Assembly: GCA_030746635.1 (NCBI GenBank)
Contig: JASLMH010000002.1
Location: forward strand, 6,348 to 70,347
DNA length: 64,000 nt
Origin: Alphaproteobacteria bacterium
GTDB lineage: Bacteria; Pseudomonadota; Alphaproteobacteria; GCA-2731375
Direction: 5' to 3'
Below the pieces are notes generated by a model. The model was not told the origin of the DNA. It saw nothing but the letters and a program-made list of their open reading frames with translations, and did no database searches. Shown here piece after piece: positions 49,703 through 59,421 of this stretch. The number at the start of each line of letters is the position of its first letter. Position 1 is the first letter of the stretch. Position numbers and translations under genes: made by a program.

Positions 49703-50587
49703 TCAGGCGGCCGCGCGCCGGCGCACCAGGGATTCGAAATCGCCGATCAACTGCTCGGTCACCTGGCCGGGCGTGAAGGTGTACTCGTCGATCACGCCGA
49801 CCGGTGTCACTTCGGCCGCCGTGCCGGTCAGGAAGCATTCCGTGGCGTCGGCCATCTCCTCCGGCATGATGGCCCGATCGATCACCTCGATGCCGCGCAA
49901 CCGGGCCAGATCGATCACCGTACGCCGGGTGATGCCGTCCAGGAAACAATCCGGCGTCGGGGTGTGCAACTTGCCGTCGATCAGGAAGAAGATGTTGGCT
50001 CCGGTCGACTCGGCCACCTGGCCCCGCCAATCCAGCATCAGGGCGTCGTCATAGCCCTCGGCCTCGGCCGCGTGCTTGGACAGGGTGCAGATCATGTACA
50101 GGCCGGCGGCCTTGGAATGCACCGGCGCGGTCCGGGGATCGGGCCGGCGCCACTTGGTGATCTTCAGCTTGATGCCTTTGGTCCGCGCCTCCGGATCGAA
50201 GTAGGACGGCCATTGCCAGACGGCGATGGCGACGTTGATCTGGTTCTCCTGGGCCGAGACGCCCATCATCTCCGAGCCCCGCCAGGCCACCGGCCGGACG
50301 TAGCCGTCGACGATGCCGTTCTTCAGCACCGTCTCGCGGTTGGCGGCGTTGATTTCCGCCACGGAATAGGGGATTTCGAAGTCCAGCATCCGGGCCGAAG
50401 CGAACAGCCGATCGGTGTGTTCCTTGAGCTTGAAGATTTCGCCGTCGTACACCCGCTGGCCCTCGAAGACGCTCGAGGCGTAGTGCAGACCGTGGGTCAG
50501 GACATGCGCGCTGGCTTCCTGCCAGGGCACGAACCCGCCGTTGTACCAGATCGAGCCTTCCAGCTTATCGTATGCGATCGTTGCCAT
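49703..50587 (-). CDS. ilvE: Branched-chain amino acid aminotransferase
   Basis: HGLHYASSVFEG, YVRP, KAAGLY, ESTGANIF, LDGITR, FLTGTAAEV. Confidence 0.95.
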   Translation of the reverse strand: MATIAYDKLEGSIWYNGGFVPWQEASAHVLTHGLHYASSVFEGQRVYDGEIFKLKEHTDRLFASARMLDFEIPYSVAEINAANRETVLKNGIVDGYVRPVAWRGSEMMGVSAQENQINVAIAVWQWPSYFDPEARTKGIKLKITKWRRPDPRTAPVHSKAAGLYMICTLSKHAAEAEGYDDALMLDWRGQVAESTGANIFFLIDGKLHTPTPDCFLDGITRRTVIDLARLRGIEVIDRAIMPEEMADATECFLTGTAAEVTPVGVIDEYTFTPGQVTEQLIGDFESLVRRRAAA

Positions 50588-50654
50588 GATCGACGCCTCC
50601 AAGACCTTTTATTGCGCCCTCGATGGACAATACGTAACATTCCCAAAATTATAT

Positions 50655-50693
50655 GTCAACACTACTGACCAAAAAAATGTCAGCAGCATTGAC
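50655..50693. promoter_or_regulatory. Two tandem GTCA-N7-TGAC palindromes (candidate MarR operators)
   Basis: GTCAACACTACTGAC (50655-50669) and GTCAGCAGCATTGAC (50679-50693) in the ilvE/marR divergent spacer. Confidence 0.6.
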
Positions 50694-50715
50694 GCATCTT
50701 GTGTACCATGCGGCC

Positions 50716-51213
50716 ATGTCCGAACTTGGTGGCGGCCCCAATCCCCTGTTCCTGCGCGAGGAGGAGTTGGTGCGCGGGATCGAGATGCTGTTCTACGCCT
50801 ACCGTGATTTCACCTCCGACCCGGACGAGATCCTGAAGAACTACGGTTTCGGCCGAGCCCATCACCGGGTGGTGCATTTCGTCGGCCGCAATCCGGGCAT
50901 GTCGGTGGCCGAGCTGCTGGCCATCCTCAAGGTCACCAAGCAGAGCCTCAGCCGGGTGTTGAGCCAGCTGGTGCGGGAGGATTTCGTGCGTCAGCAAAAG
51001 GGCACCCGCGACCGCCGGCAGCGGCTTCTGTACCTGACCGACAAGGGCCAGGCCCTGTTCGATGAGCTCTCCCGGCCGCAGCGGGCCCGGGTGGCCCGGG
51101 CCTATCGCGAGGCCGGGGCCGAAGCCGTGGCCGGCTATCGCAGGGTATTGATCGGTCTTTTGAATCAGGATGAACGCGATGCCGTCCTGGCCTCGGTGGA
51201 AAAGAACCAATAG
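50716..51213 (+). CDS. MarR-family regulator (PetP-like)
   Basis: LFYAYRDFTSDPD, GRAHHR, KVTKQSLSRVL, DRRQRLLYLT. Confidence 0.9.
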   Translation: MSELGGGPNPLFLREEELVRGIEMLFYAYRDFTSDPDEILKNYGFGRAHHRVVHFVGRNPGMSVAELLAILKVTKQSLSRVLSQLVREDFVRQQKGTRDRRQRLLYLTDKGQALFDELSRPQRARVARAYREAGAEAVAGYRRVLIGLLNQDERDAVLASVEKNQ

Positions 51214-51245
51214 CCGGCGGGCGGCGACCGCCGTGGCCCAACGCC

Positions 51246-51926
51246 ATGACTGACCGGCAGGTGCATATCCTGGTGGTCGACGACGACGACCGTTTGCGGG
51301 AGTTGTTGCGGCGCTACCTGGGCGAATGCGGCTTTCGGGTCTCGACAGCCGGCAGCGCCGCCGAGGCCTGGGCGGCGATGTCGGGCCTGGTGTTCGATCT
51401 GATCGTGATGGATCTGATGATGCCGGGCGAAAGCGGCCTGGAGCTGACTCGTGATCTGCGCCAGACCAGCGACGTGCCGATCCTGCAATTGACCGCCATG
51501 GGCGAGGCCGCCGACCGCATCGCCGGCCTGGAGGTCGGCGCCGATGACTACCTGGCCAAGCCGTTCGAGCCGCGCGAGCTGGTGCTGCGCATAGAGGCGA
51601 TCCTGCGCCGGGGCGGCCCACGGCTGCCGCCCCAGGACGTGGTGGCGTTCGGCGACTGCCGCTTCGATGTCGAGCGCGGCGAGCTGATCCGGGACGGCGA
51701 GGGGGTGCGCCTGACCTCCGGCGAGACCGAGATGCTGCGGATCTTCGCCCGCCGCCCCGGCACCACCATCGGCCGGGCGGAACTGCTGGCCCAGTCCGGC
51801 GCCGGCAACGACCGGGCCGTGGACGTGCAGATCACGCGCCTTCGGCGTAAGATCGAGCCCAACCCGAAAGAGCCCCGTCACCTGTGCACGGTCTGGGGCC
51901 AGGGCTACGTTTTCTGGTCCGATTAA
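51246..51926 (+). CDS. OmpR-family response regulator (PetR-like)
   Basis: ILVVDDD, MDLMMPGE, GADDYLAKPF, RAVDVQITRLRRKIE. Confidence 0.94.
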   Translation: MTDRQVHILVVDDDDRLRELLRRYLGECGFRVSTAGSAAEAWAAMSGLVFDLIVMDLMMPGESGLELTRDLRQTSDVPILQLTAMGEAADRIAGLEVGADDYLAKPFEPRELVLRIEAILRRGGPRLPPQDVVAFGDCRFDVERGELIRDGEGVRLTSGETEMLRIFARRPGTTIGRAELLAQSGAGNDRAVDVQITRLRRKIEPNPKEPRHLCTVWGQGYVFWSD

Positions 51927-51960
51927 GCGGATGTCCAGCCGGAAGGGTGGTCCCGGATAG

Positions 51961-53268
51961 ATGTTGAAACGGTTTCTGCCACGCAGTCTGTTCGGACGGG
52001 CCATCATCATCATCATCGCGCCGGTGGTGTTGTTGCAGGTGGTCGCCGCCATCGTGTTTTTCGACCGCCATTTGGAATCGGTGACCCGCCGCATGGCCCG
52101 CAGCGTCGCTGGTGACATCAGCTTCGTCACCGCCGCCCTCAGCCGCAACAGCGAGTCCCTGGCTCGCTTCCGCATCCTGCAGTCGGCCAACCGGCGCCTG
52201 AACCTGAATTTCACCCTGCTGGCGGAGCAGCCCCTGACCGCCGGCCCGCTGCCCACCGGCGGCACGCCGATCGAGGCGCTGCTGATCCGCACCATCGACG
52301 AGGGTCTGGAACTGGCCTTCACCATCGAGAACCAGCCGGCCCAGAAGCACTACCTGATCCGGGTCGCCTTCGAGGACGGCACCCTGCAGGTGCTGGTGCC
52401 GCACAACCGGGTCACCGCCGCCGCCTCGCAGGTGCTGGCCCTCTGGACCATCGGCTCGTCGCTGTTGCTGCTCGCCATCGCCATCCTGTTCCTGCGCAAC
52501 CAGGTGCGGCCGATCCTGCGTTTGGCCCAGGCCGCCGACCGTTTGGGCAAGGGCCAGGAGGTGGAGGATTTCAAGCCGTCCGGCGCCAGCGAAGTGCGCC
52601 TGGCGGCCGATGCCTTCCTGCGCATGCGTGATCGGATCGAGCGGCAGATCCGCCAGCGCACCGAAATGCTGGCCGGCGTCAGTCATGACCTGCGCACGCC
52701 GCTGACCCGCATGAAACTGGAACTGGCGATGCTGGGGGAGACGCCGGCGGCGGCCGAGATGCAGGCCGACGTGGAAGAGATGGAGCGGATGATCGAGGGC
52801 TATCTGGCCTTCGCCCGCGGCGCCGACGGCGAGCGGGCGGTGGAGACCGACCTGACGCAATTGCTGGAGGAGACGGTGGGCGACGCCCGGCGCCACGGCG
52901 CCGAGGTCGATTTCGCCGCCGAGGGCGAGTTGCGCGCCCGGCTGCGGCCGCAAAGTCTGAAGCGCTGCGTCGCAAACCTGCTCAGCAACGCCGAGCGCTA
53001 TGCCCGGCGGACCTCGGTCGAGGCCCGGCGGGACGGCGACATGATCGAGATCACCGTCGACGACGACGGCCCCGGCATCCCGGAAGCCGAGCGCGAGGCG
53101 GTGTTCCGGCCGTTCTACCGCCTGGAGGGATCGCGCAACCCGGGCACCGGCGGCGTCGGCCTGGGCCTGGCCATCGCCCGCGACACCGTGCGCAGCCAGG
53201 GCGGCGACGTCACCCTGGGCGAGGCCCCGGCCGGCGGCCTGCGCGCCACCGTGCGCCTGCCCGTGTAA
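51961..53268 (+). CDS. EnvZ-like sensor histidine kinase
   Basis: PRSLFGR, two TMs, HAMP, VSHDLRTPLTR, DDGPGIP, GLGLAIA. Confidence 0.94.
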   Translation: MLKRFLPRSLFGRAIIIIIAPVVLLQVVAAIVFFDRHLESVTRRMARSVAGDISFVTAALSRNSESLARFRILQSANRRLNLNFTLLAEQPLTAGPLPTGGTPIEALLIRTIDEGLELAFTIENQPAQKHYLIRVAFEDGTLQVLVPHNRVTAAASQVLALWTIGSSLLLLAIAILFLRNQVRPILRLAQAADRLGKGQEVEDFKPSGASEVRLAADAFLRMRDRIERQIRQRTEMLAGVSHDLRTPLTRMKLELAMLGETPAAAEMQADVEEMERMIEGYLAFARGADGERAVETDLTQLLEETVGDARRHGAEVDFAAEGELRARLRPQSLKRCVANLLSNAERYARRTSVEARRDGDMIEITVDDDGPGIPEAEREAVFRPFYRLEGSRNPGTGGVGLGLAIARDTVRSQGGDVTLGEAPAGGLRATVRLPV

Positions 53269-53269
53269 C

Positions 53270-53298
53270 GAAAACGGCGGCCCCGAAGGGCCGCCGTT
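53270..53298. terminator. Intrinsic terminator hairpin between convergent genes
   Basis: AACGGCGGCCC-CGAA-GGGCCGCCGTT. Confidence 0.75.
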
Positions 53299-53328
53299 CC
53301 ATTCATGGCTTCCTGAAGGTGCAGCGGA

Positions 53329-54135
53329 TCAGGCCGCCAATTTCCGGCGCCGTCGCAGCGCGCCCAGGCCCAACAGGCCGAGGCCGAACAGGCCCAGGGC
53401 CGCCGGTTCCGGGACGTCCGTGTTGGTTTCCAACTCGATCGATGTGTCGATCCGGAAGGTTGAGGCCGAGGTGTGCCGTTCGGCGAAGAACAGATCGAAA
53501 TCGTAGGTATTGCCGATGGTCAGGCCGAGAGTGGTCACGTCAACCGAGCCGGACAGGGCGCCATGCACGCCGCCCAGGTCGATCACCAGTTCGTCGTCGA
53601 TGAACACCCACAGATCGTCATCGCCGGTGAAGCTGAACGTCTCGTCGCCCTGATAGGTGAACTCGGTGTGCAGTTCCAGGGTGAAGTGGTAGTTGTGCAC
53701 CCGCCCCTGGTTGCCGAACAACTCCCCGTCGATGGGGAAGAAGGCGCCGTCGGTGAAGGTATAGACGTCCGGATCGACGGTAATCGTGTTGTCCAGGGTC
53801 AGGGTCTTGGTGGTGGTCATGTTGACGCTGGCGTCGTCGTTGTACCACTGGTCGAAGGCGGCCGCGCCATGGGTCGTCGGATTGCCCGTCGTGCCGGCAT
53901 AGACGGGATTCTTGTCACCGCCCAAGGTGGTTTCGACAATTCCATAGTCGATGGCGATGCCATTCTCGAAATCGGCATGGGTGTCGTTGAAGTCGCGGAC
54001 GGTGACGTCGAGTTCGATGGTCGCGGCGGTCGCGGGCGACAGATCGGCGACGCCAAGGACCGGTACGGCAAGGGCGAGGGCGGCGGTGCCGGCGAGCATC
54101 CGTTTCGGCCATGGTCTGGTCCGGGCTCTGGGCAT
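53329..54135 (-). CDS. Fibro-slime (PA14-like) domain PEP-CTERM protein
   Basis: VRDF…[41 protein letters not shown]-terminal [25 protein letters not shown]. Start moved to 54135 because of the GAGGAAAGAG RBS and the promoter position. Confidence 0.9.
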   Translation of the reverse strand: MPRARTRPWPKRMLAGTAALALAVPVLGVADLSPATAATIELDVTVRDFNDTHADFENGIAIDYGIVETTLGGDKNPVYAGTTGNPTTHGAAAFDQWYNDDASVNMTTTKTLTLDNTITVDPDVYTFTDGAFFPIDGELFGNQGRVHNYHFTLELHTEFTYQGDETFSFTGDDDLWVFIDDELVIDLGGVHGALSGSVDVTTLGLTIGNTYDFDLFFAERHTSASTFRIDTSIELETNTDVPEPAALGLFGLGLLGLGALRRRRKLAA

Positions 54136-54189
54136 GATCTCTTTCCTCGACAAATCGGCTGCGGTTTCCGCCGCGATTGTCATAAGCTA

Positions 54190-54287
54190 TGCAAGTGTCA
54201 TGCCAACTTTGCCGAAGTGAATAAAATCAACGCCTTAGCGGTCATACGCCGCTCGAAATTGTAAAGAACGTGTAAATATTTTCGACA
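54190..54287 (-). promoter_or_regulatory. sigma54 promoter + IHF site + candidate enhancer
   Basis: Minus-strand TGGCATGACACTTGCA (54190-54205); AATCAACGCCTTA (54225-54237); TGTAAATATTTTCGACA (54271-54287). Confidence 0.8.
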
Positions 54288-54308
54288 GATGGCCGGGCCG
54301 GTGGTGCC

Positions 54309-54647
54309 CTAGAACAACCGGCCGCCGTTGGGAACCGGACGGTTGGGTTCGATCAGCACCACGGCGCCGCTGTCGTCCGGGAAGCCCAGCACCAGGATCT
54401 CCGACATGAACTTGCCGATCTGCTTGGCCGGGAAGTTGATCACGGCGGCGACCTGCCGCCCGACCAGGTCCTCCGGCGTGTAGTGATCGGTCAACTGCGC
54501 TGCGGTCTTGCGTTCGCCGATCTCCGGCCCGAAGTCCACGAACAGCTTGTAGGAGGGGTTGCGCGCCTCCGGGTACGGCTCGGCGCCGATCACCGTGCCG
54601 ACGCGGATGTCGACCTTCAGGAAGTCGTCGAAACCGATCTCGGCCAT
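54309..54647 (-). CDS. csaA: CsaA tRNA-binding/export chaperone
   Basis: FDDFLKVDIRVGT, VINFPAKQIG, SEILVLG, VPNGGRLF. Confidence 0.92.
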   Translation of the reverse strand: MAEIGFDDFLKVDIRVGTVIGAEPYPEARNPSYKLFVDFGPEIGERKTAAQLTDHYTPEDLVGRQVAAVINFPAKQIGKFMSEILVLGFPDDSGAVVLIEPNRPVPNGGRLF

Positions 54648-54695
54648 GGCCTCGCTCCGGTGCTTGTCCGGCAGGTAGCGGGTTGCTAGGTAGGT

Positions 54696-55379
54696 TCAGG
54701 CTTCCGCCGCCTCGGCCTCGTCGCCGTCGCCCTCGCGGCGGCGCCAGCCGGCCAGGCCGCGCGGCCCCCGGCGCAGGGCGCCGACCAGGGCGTCGGCCCG
54801 GCCCAGTGCCTTGTCCAGGGCGGCCATGGTGTGGGCCAAATCCTCACCCTCGTCGCCGAACCAGACCCGCAGCACGGACAGATAGATCAGGCCCAGGCCC
54901 TTGACCTGCAACGGCTCCAGCGCGCCCCAAGGCTCCACCCGGGCGGCCACCAGCATCCATTCCAGGCTGCGCCGCAACGGGCCGGCGGCCAGGCAGGCCA
55001 TGGCCGGCGGATCGCGGGGCAGATCCCGCGCCACCGCCGCCAGGCCCTCGCGATAGGGGGCGAGGGCGTCCAGCCGCCGCATGATTACGTCGAACAGGCG
55101 GTCGCGGACCGGCTCGTCGGCGATGCCCGGGTCGCTGCCGGCCAGGACGATTTCGTCGACCATCCGGCCCAGGCCGGCCAGGATCGCCAGTTTCGAGCCG
55201 AAAAGCTGCCGCAGTTCCGCCAGGCTCAGGCCGGCCTCGTCGGCGATGTCGGCCATGGTGGTGTCCGACCAGCCCTGCACTGCCGCCAGCCGCATCGCCG
55301 CGTCGATGGCCAGGCCGTTGGGATCCGCCGGTTGCGCCTTTTTCTTGCCGCCGCGCTTGGCTGCTTTCTTTGCCGCCAT
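54696..55379 (-). CDS. TetR-like HTH protein
   Basis: N-terminal AAMRLAAVQGW…ADIADEAGLS…FGSK; RDRLFDVIMRR; TMAALDKAL. Confidence 0.8.
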   Translation of the reverse strand: MAAKKAAKRGGKKKAQPADPNGLAIDAAMRLAAVQGWSDTTMADIADEAGLSLAELRQLFGSKLAILAGLGRMVDEIVLAGSDPGIADEPVRDRLFDVIMRRLDALAPYREGLAAVARDLPRDPPAMACLAAGPLRRSLEWMLVAARVEPWGALEPLQVKGLGLIYLSVLRVWFGDEGEDLAHTMAALDKALGRADALVGALRRGPRGLAGWRRREGDGDEAEAAEA

Positions 55380-55532
55380 GTCGTTTGCCCCTTCCACCTC
55401 ATATGATACCGGCCCGCCGGGCACCCCGGCAACGGTGTTGGCTATCGCCGCGCCGGGCGGGGGCCGCTATGCTGCGCCTCTCGCGGCCGGCGCCGCCGGC
55501 CGTTCCCGGTGATTGATATATAGGAAGTCCGG

Positions 55533-56600
55533 ATGCAAATAGCGGTAGATCGCCTGACCGAGTTGGGCCAGGCCATCGTTCATCATGGCGGCGCCGAGGC
55601 GGCCGAGGCGGCCCAGGTGACCCACTACCTGATCGACGCCAACCTGGCCGGCCACGACAGCCACGGCATCGGCATGCTGCCGGCCTACATGCTGGGTATT
55701 CGCGAGGGGGCGCTGGTGCCGGGCGCCGAAATCAGCGTCGAAAACGACCGCGGGCCGTTCCTGCTGATCGACGGCAACGCCGGTTTCGGCCAAGTGATCG
55801 CCAAACAGGCCATGGAACTGGCCATCGCCCGGGCCAAGGATTTGGGCATCGCCGTGATGGGTCTGAAGAACTCCTACCATATCGGCCGGGTCGGCGCCTG
55901 GGGCGAGATGGCGGCGGCCGAGGGCTTCATCTCGATCCACTACGTCAACGCCCATTCGCCGAATTCCCTGGTCGCGCCCCATGGCGGCACGGACTCCCGC
56001 TTCACCACCAACCCCTATTGCACCGCCCTGCCGGCCACCAACGGGCCGCCGGTCGTGCTCGACATGGCGACCAGCAAGGTGGCCATGGGCAAGGTGCGGG
56101 TGGCCCACAACAAGGGCGTCGAGGTGCCGCCCGACTGCCTGATCGACCACATGGGCAACCCGACCAACGACCCCGGCGTGATGTTCGCCGAGCCCAAGGG
56201 CGCCCTGCGCTCCATGGGCCTGCACAAGGGCTATGCCCTGGCGGTGATCTGCGAGGCCCTGGCCGGCGGCTTCACCGGCGGCGGCACCTTCGGCCCGGAC
56301 AGGGTGGGACCGGGCAAGATCATCAACAACATGCTGACGGTGCTGATCGATCCCGACGCCTTCGGCCAGCGCGCCGCCTTCGAGGCCGAGATCGACCGCT
56401 TCACCGAATGGGTCAAGACCTCGCCGCCGGCCCCCGGCGTCGACGAGGTGATGGTGCCGGGCGACCCGGAGCGCAAGGCGCGGGCCGACCGCCTGGCCAA
56501 CGGCGTGCCGGTCGACGAGCGCACTTTCGAGGAACTGCTGGAAACCTGCGAACTGGTCGGCCTGAGCCGCGACCAGGCGCTGCGCATCGTCGGCAATTGA
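55533..56600 (+). CDS. Ldh_2-family malate/lactate/ureidoglycolate dehydrogenase
   Basis: GHDSHG, DGNAGFGQ, HIGRVG, TNP, LDMATS, HKGYAL, PGDPE. Confidence 0.92.
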   Translation: MQIAVDRLTELGQAIVHHGGAEAAEAAQVTHYLIDANLAGHDSHGIGMLPAYMLGIREGALVPGAEISVENDRGPFLLIDGNAGFGQVIAKQAMELAIARAKDLGIAVMGLKNSYHIGRVGAWGEMAAAEGFISIHYVNAHSPNSLVAPHGGTDSRFTTNPYCTALPATNGPPVVLDMATSKVAMGKVRVAHNKGVEVPPDCLIDHMGNPTNDPGVMFAEPKGALRSMGLHKGYALAVICEALAGGFTGGGTFGPDRVGPGKIINNMLTVLIDPDAFGQRAAFEAEIDRFTEWVKTSPPAPGVDEVMVPGDPERKARADRLANGVPVDERTFEELLETCELVGLSRDQALRIVGN

Positions 56601-57112
56601 CCGGGCCGTCCCTGACCCTGGTGCTGGGCGGTGCCCGTTCGGGCAAGAGCGCCTTCGCCCAGGCCCGGGCCGAGGCAACCCGGGGCGCCTGCGTCTATCT
56701 CGCCACCGCCCGGGCCGGCGATGCCGAGATGGCGGCCCGGATCGCCGCCCATCGACGGCAACGCGGGCCGCGCTGGCGCACGGTGGAGGAACCGTTGGCC
56801 CTGGCCGCGGCCCTGCGCCGGGAGGCCGGAGCGGACCGCATCGTGCTGGTCGACTGCCTGACCCTGTGGCTGAGCAACCTGTTGGCGGCCGGGGCCGACA
56901 TGGCGGTCGAACGGGACGGCCTGGTCGCCGCCTGTGGCGAACTGCCCGGGCCGGTGATCCTGGTCTCCAACGAGGTCGGCCAGGGTATTGTCCCCGATAA
57001 TGCCCTGGCCCGCCGCTTCATCGACGAGGCCGGCTGGCTGCACCAGCAACTGGCTCGGGTGGCGGGCGAAGTCTTTTTTCTAACCGCCGGGCTGCCGCAA
57101 CGGCTGAAATAG
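56597..57112 (+). CDS. cobU: Adenosylcobinamide kinase / cobinamide-phosphate guanylyltransferase (CobU/CobP)
   Basis: TTG start overlapping the upstream stop; GGARSGKS, RIAAHR, VDCLTLW, VSNEVGQG, AGLP. Confidence 0.92.
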   Translation: MTGPSLTLVLGGARSGKSAFAQARAEATRGACVYLATARAGDAEMAARIAAHRRQRGPRWRTVEEPLALAAALRREAGADRIVLVDCLTLWLSNLLAAGADMAVERDGLVAACGELPGPVILVSNEVGQGIVPDNALARRFIDEAGWLHQQLARVAGEVFFLTAGLPQRLK

Positions 57113-57163
57113 GGCGGCCGGCTCGGCGGCGCCACGCCATCCGGCGAACCCGCGAGCTTGGTA

Positions 57164-57859
57164 TCACATGATGCCGGGAATAAGCCGCCAGCGTACCCGG
57201 GTGAGATAGTCGTCGTAGCCTTCCAGTCCCCGGCGCAGCGTCGCTTCCTCGATCAGCATGCGGGGGAGAAATCCGACCATGATCATGGGGATGGCGGCGA
57301 GGGCAAAGGCGGAGGACCCGAACACCAGTCCCAGCCCCACGAATGATGGCACAAGGCCGGCATACATCGGATGGCGGACGAAGCCATAGGGTCCGGTGTC
57401 GATGACCCGCTGCTGCCGGTCGTCCTGCACTTCCACCACCGAGGAGGCGAAGGTGTTTTCATGCATGGTCCACATGACCAGGGCCATGCCGAGGGCGAAA
57501 AGCACCAGCCCCGAGACCAGCGAGACCGCCGCCGGCAATGCCGGCAACAAATGCAGATGGTGCACGTCGACGGCGGCGCCGACGAACCAGCCGAACAACA
57601 GCAGAATGATCAGCGCGGTGGCGACCTTGTCGGCCAGGGGATTGCCGCCGGGGAATGACGTGCGCTTGCGCAGCAGATCCGGGTCGTGCTTCAGGAACCA
57701 AAGCCCGCTCACAAGCTGCGTTCCCCACAGTACGCCGATCGCCAGCCAGCCGCGCGGCCAGTCGAGCGAGCCGGTCAGCAACCAGACAGGCCCGATCGCC
57801 AGCAGGCCGTAAAGCACCGCCGCGATCGCCAGTCCGACGATAGTACGCACAACCAACAT
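57164..57859 (-). CDS. Isoprenylcysteine carboxylmethyltransferase-family membrane protein
   Basis: ENTFAS, VIDTGPYGFVRHPMYAG, EEATL, Y…VRWRLIP. Confidence 0.88.
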   Translation of the reverse strand: MLVVRTIVGLAIAAVLYGLLAIGPVWLLTGSLDWPRGWLAIGVLWGTQLVSGLWFLKHDPDLLRKRTSFPGGNPLADKVATALIILLLFGWFVGAAVDVHHLHLLPALPAAVSLVSGLVLFALGMALVMWTMHENTFASSVVEVQDDRQQRVIDTGPYGFVRHPMYAGLVPSFVGLGLVFGSSAFALAAIPMIMVGFLPRMLIEEATLRRGLEGYDDYLTRVRWRLIPGIM

Positions 57860-57967
57860 CGTTCCCCTCCGACACCATTGCTACCGCCAACCATAGATTT
57901 GCAGGACGCCGTCGGATTTCAATGTCTCATCGGCGTATGCTGCGGTGCTACCTGCCCAATCAATGGT

Positions 57968-59407
57968 TCAGCCCGCCGTCGATTCCTCGAGACTGACCCG
58001 GCGCAGGTATTTCTTGCCGATCCTCAGGGCCTTGGCAGGGAAGTGTTCGGCCAGCAGGCCGATGCCGTAAAGCAGGTATTCGCCGTCGACATAGGCGTTT
58101 GGCGCCGTCGGCTTGAGGCTCCAGGGATTTGTCGGGCTGAACAGGGCCGCCTGCAATATTTTCTCGGGATGGCGGCCGTATTTGAAGATGCCGCCGGTGC
58201 CGATCAGGTTTTTCGTATCCAGCAGGTTCTTGCCCTGCTGCACCTGGATCGCCCCCACGACGCTGTATTCCTGGCGGAGCGTGCCGGCGTGCCGCTCGAC
58301 CGCGATGGTCGTGGCCGACTGGGCGAGCATGGCATCGATGCTGAATTCGACCTCGCCGGCGGGAATGTAGCCGACATCCTCCGACAGGGCCCGGGCATGG
58401 GCTTGCAGATCCATCGACTGGCCGGCCGCCGATGGGTCGAGTTCCGCCAGTCTGGCCTGGCAGGTCTCCTCGCCGACCATGTCGTGGATCGACGGCGCGT
58501 TGTACCTGATGCCCAGATCGCCTTCCACGGTGCGCTTCACCCTGGCTTCGGGCAGTCCCTTGACGATGGTCTGGGCATCGCTGGGACGGCCGTCGTCCAC
58601 CGAATGGACGTTGGTGGTGGCGCCGCCGACTTCGACCACCAGCAGACTCCCCAGGCCCGGTTCGTCATCGCTGCCGTCGGCCAGCAGGGCGGCCGCGTGC
58701 AGCGTTGCCATGGGCGTCGGCACGATGTCCCGGCCGGTGAAGTCCCGCGCCTTGCTCAACCCCTTCGCGTCGGTGATCCGCGTGATGAAGATGTCGCGGA
58801 TCAGGTCCTGCGCCGGTTCGACCTCCACCTTGTCCAGGCTGGGCAGGACGTTCCTGGCCGTCGCCACGGTTTTTCCCGCCGCTTGCAGGATCTCCCGTAC
58901 CTGGCCGGTGACCACCCGGTTGCCGGCGACCAGTATCGGGCAATCGATCGTCGAGCCGGCAAGCATGCGGGCATTGTGGATAATCACCGCCTTGTCGCCG
59001 CCGTCGGTGCCGCCGGTGAGCAGGATGATGTCGCAGGACGCCCCTTCGACTTCGCCGATGATCTCCCGGTCGACCTCGAAACCATGGGCGCAAACCACCT
59101 TGGCGCCGGCGCCCAGGGCGGCCCTTCGCGCCGCCTCCAGCGTCAAATCGGGGACCAGGCCGATGGCCGCCATGCGCAGCCCGCCGGCGGCGCTGGAGGA
59201 GGCGTATTTGCCTTGGACGTCCCCCTCGTCGAAGCCGCAGTCGCGGCTGAGATCGGCCAGGGCGTTGTCCAGCCCGATGGTGATGTCATGCTCGATGGTG
59301 GTCAGGGCCTGGGCCCGTCCCAGGACCTCTTCCCGTTCCAGATCGACGGCGATGATCTTCGTATAGGTGCTCCCGAAATCGATCAGCAGGTGGATATCCA
59401 TGGTCAT
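57968..59407 (-). CDS. glmL: Glutamate mutase accessory/reactivating factor GlmL (MutL)
   Basis: IDFGSTYTK, SSSAAGGL, LTGGTDGG, PTP, EVGGATTNVHS, KRTVEGDLGIR, IGTGG. Confidence 0.9.
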   Translation of the reverse strand: MTMDIHLLIDFGSTYTKIIAVDLEREEVLGRAQALTTIEHDITIGLDNALADLSRDCGFDEGDVQGKYASSSAAGGLRMAAIGLVPDLTLEAARRAALGAGAKVVCAHGFEVDREIIGEVEGASCDIILLTGGTDGGDKAVIIHNARMLAGSTIDCPILVAGNRVVTGQVREILQAAGKTVATARNVLPSLDKVEVEPAQDLIRDIFITRITDAKGLSKARDFTGRDIVPTPMATLHAAALLADGSDDEPGLGSLLVVEVGGATTNVHSVDDGRPSDAQTIVKGLPEARVKRTVEGDLGIRYNAPSIHDMVGEETCQARLAELDPSAAGQSMDLQAHARALSEDVGYIPAGEVEFSIDAMLAQSATTIAVERHAGTLRQEYSVVGAIQVQQGKNLLDTKNLIGTGGIFKYGRHPEKILQAALFSPTNPWSLKPTAPNAYVDGEYLLYGIGLLAEHFPAKALRIGKKYLRRVSLEESTAG

Positions 59408-59421
59408 CGCCTGCCGTGCAT

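Noticed and set aside
56018..57112. 364-aa extended CobU
   Set aside because: The upstream part is an alternative frame of the Ldh_2 gene; CobU motifs begin right after the TTG at 56597.
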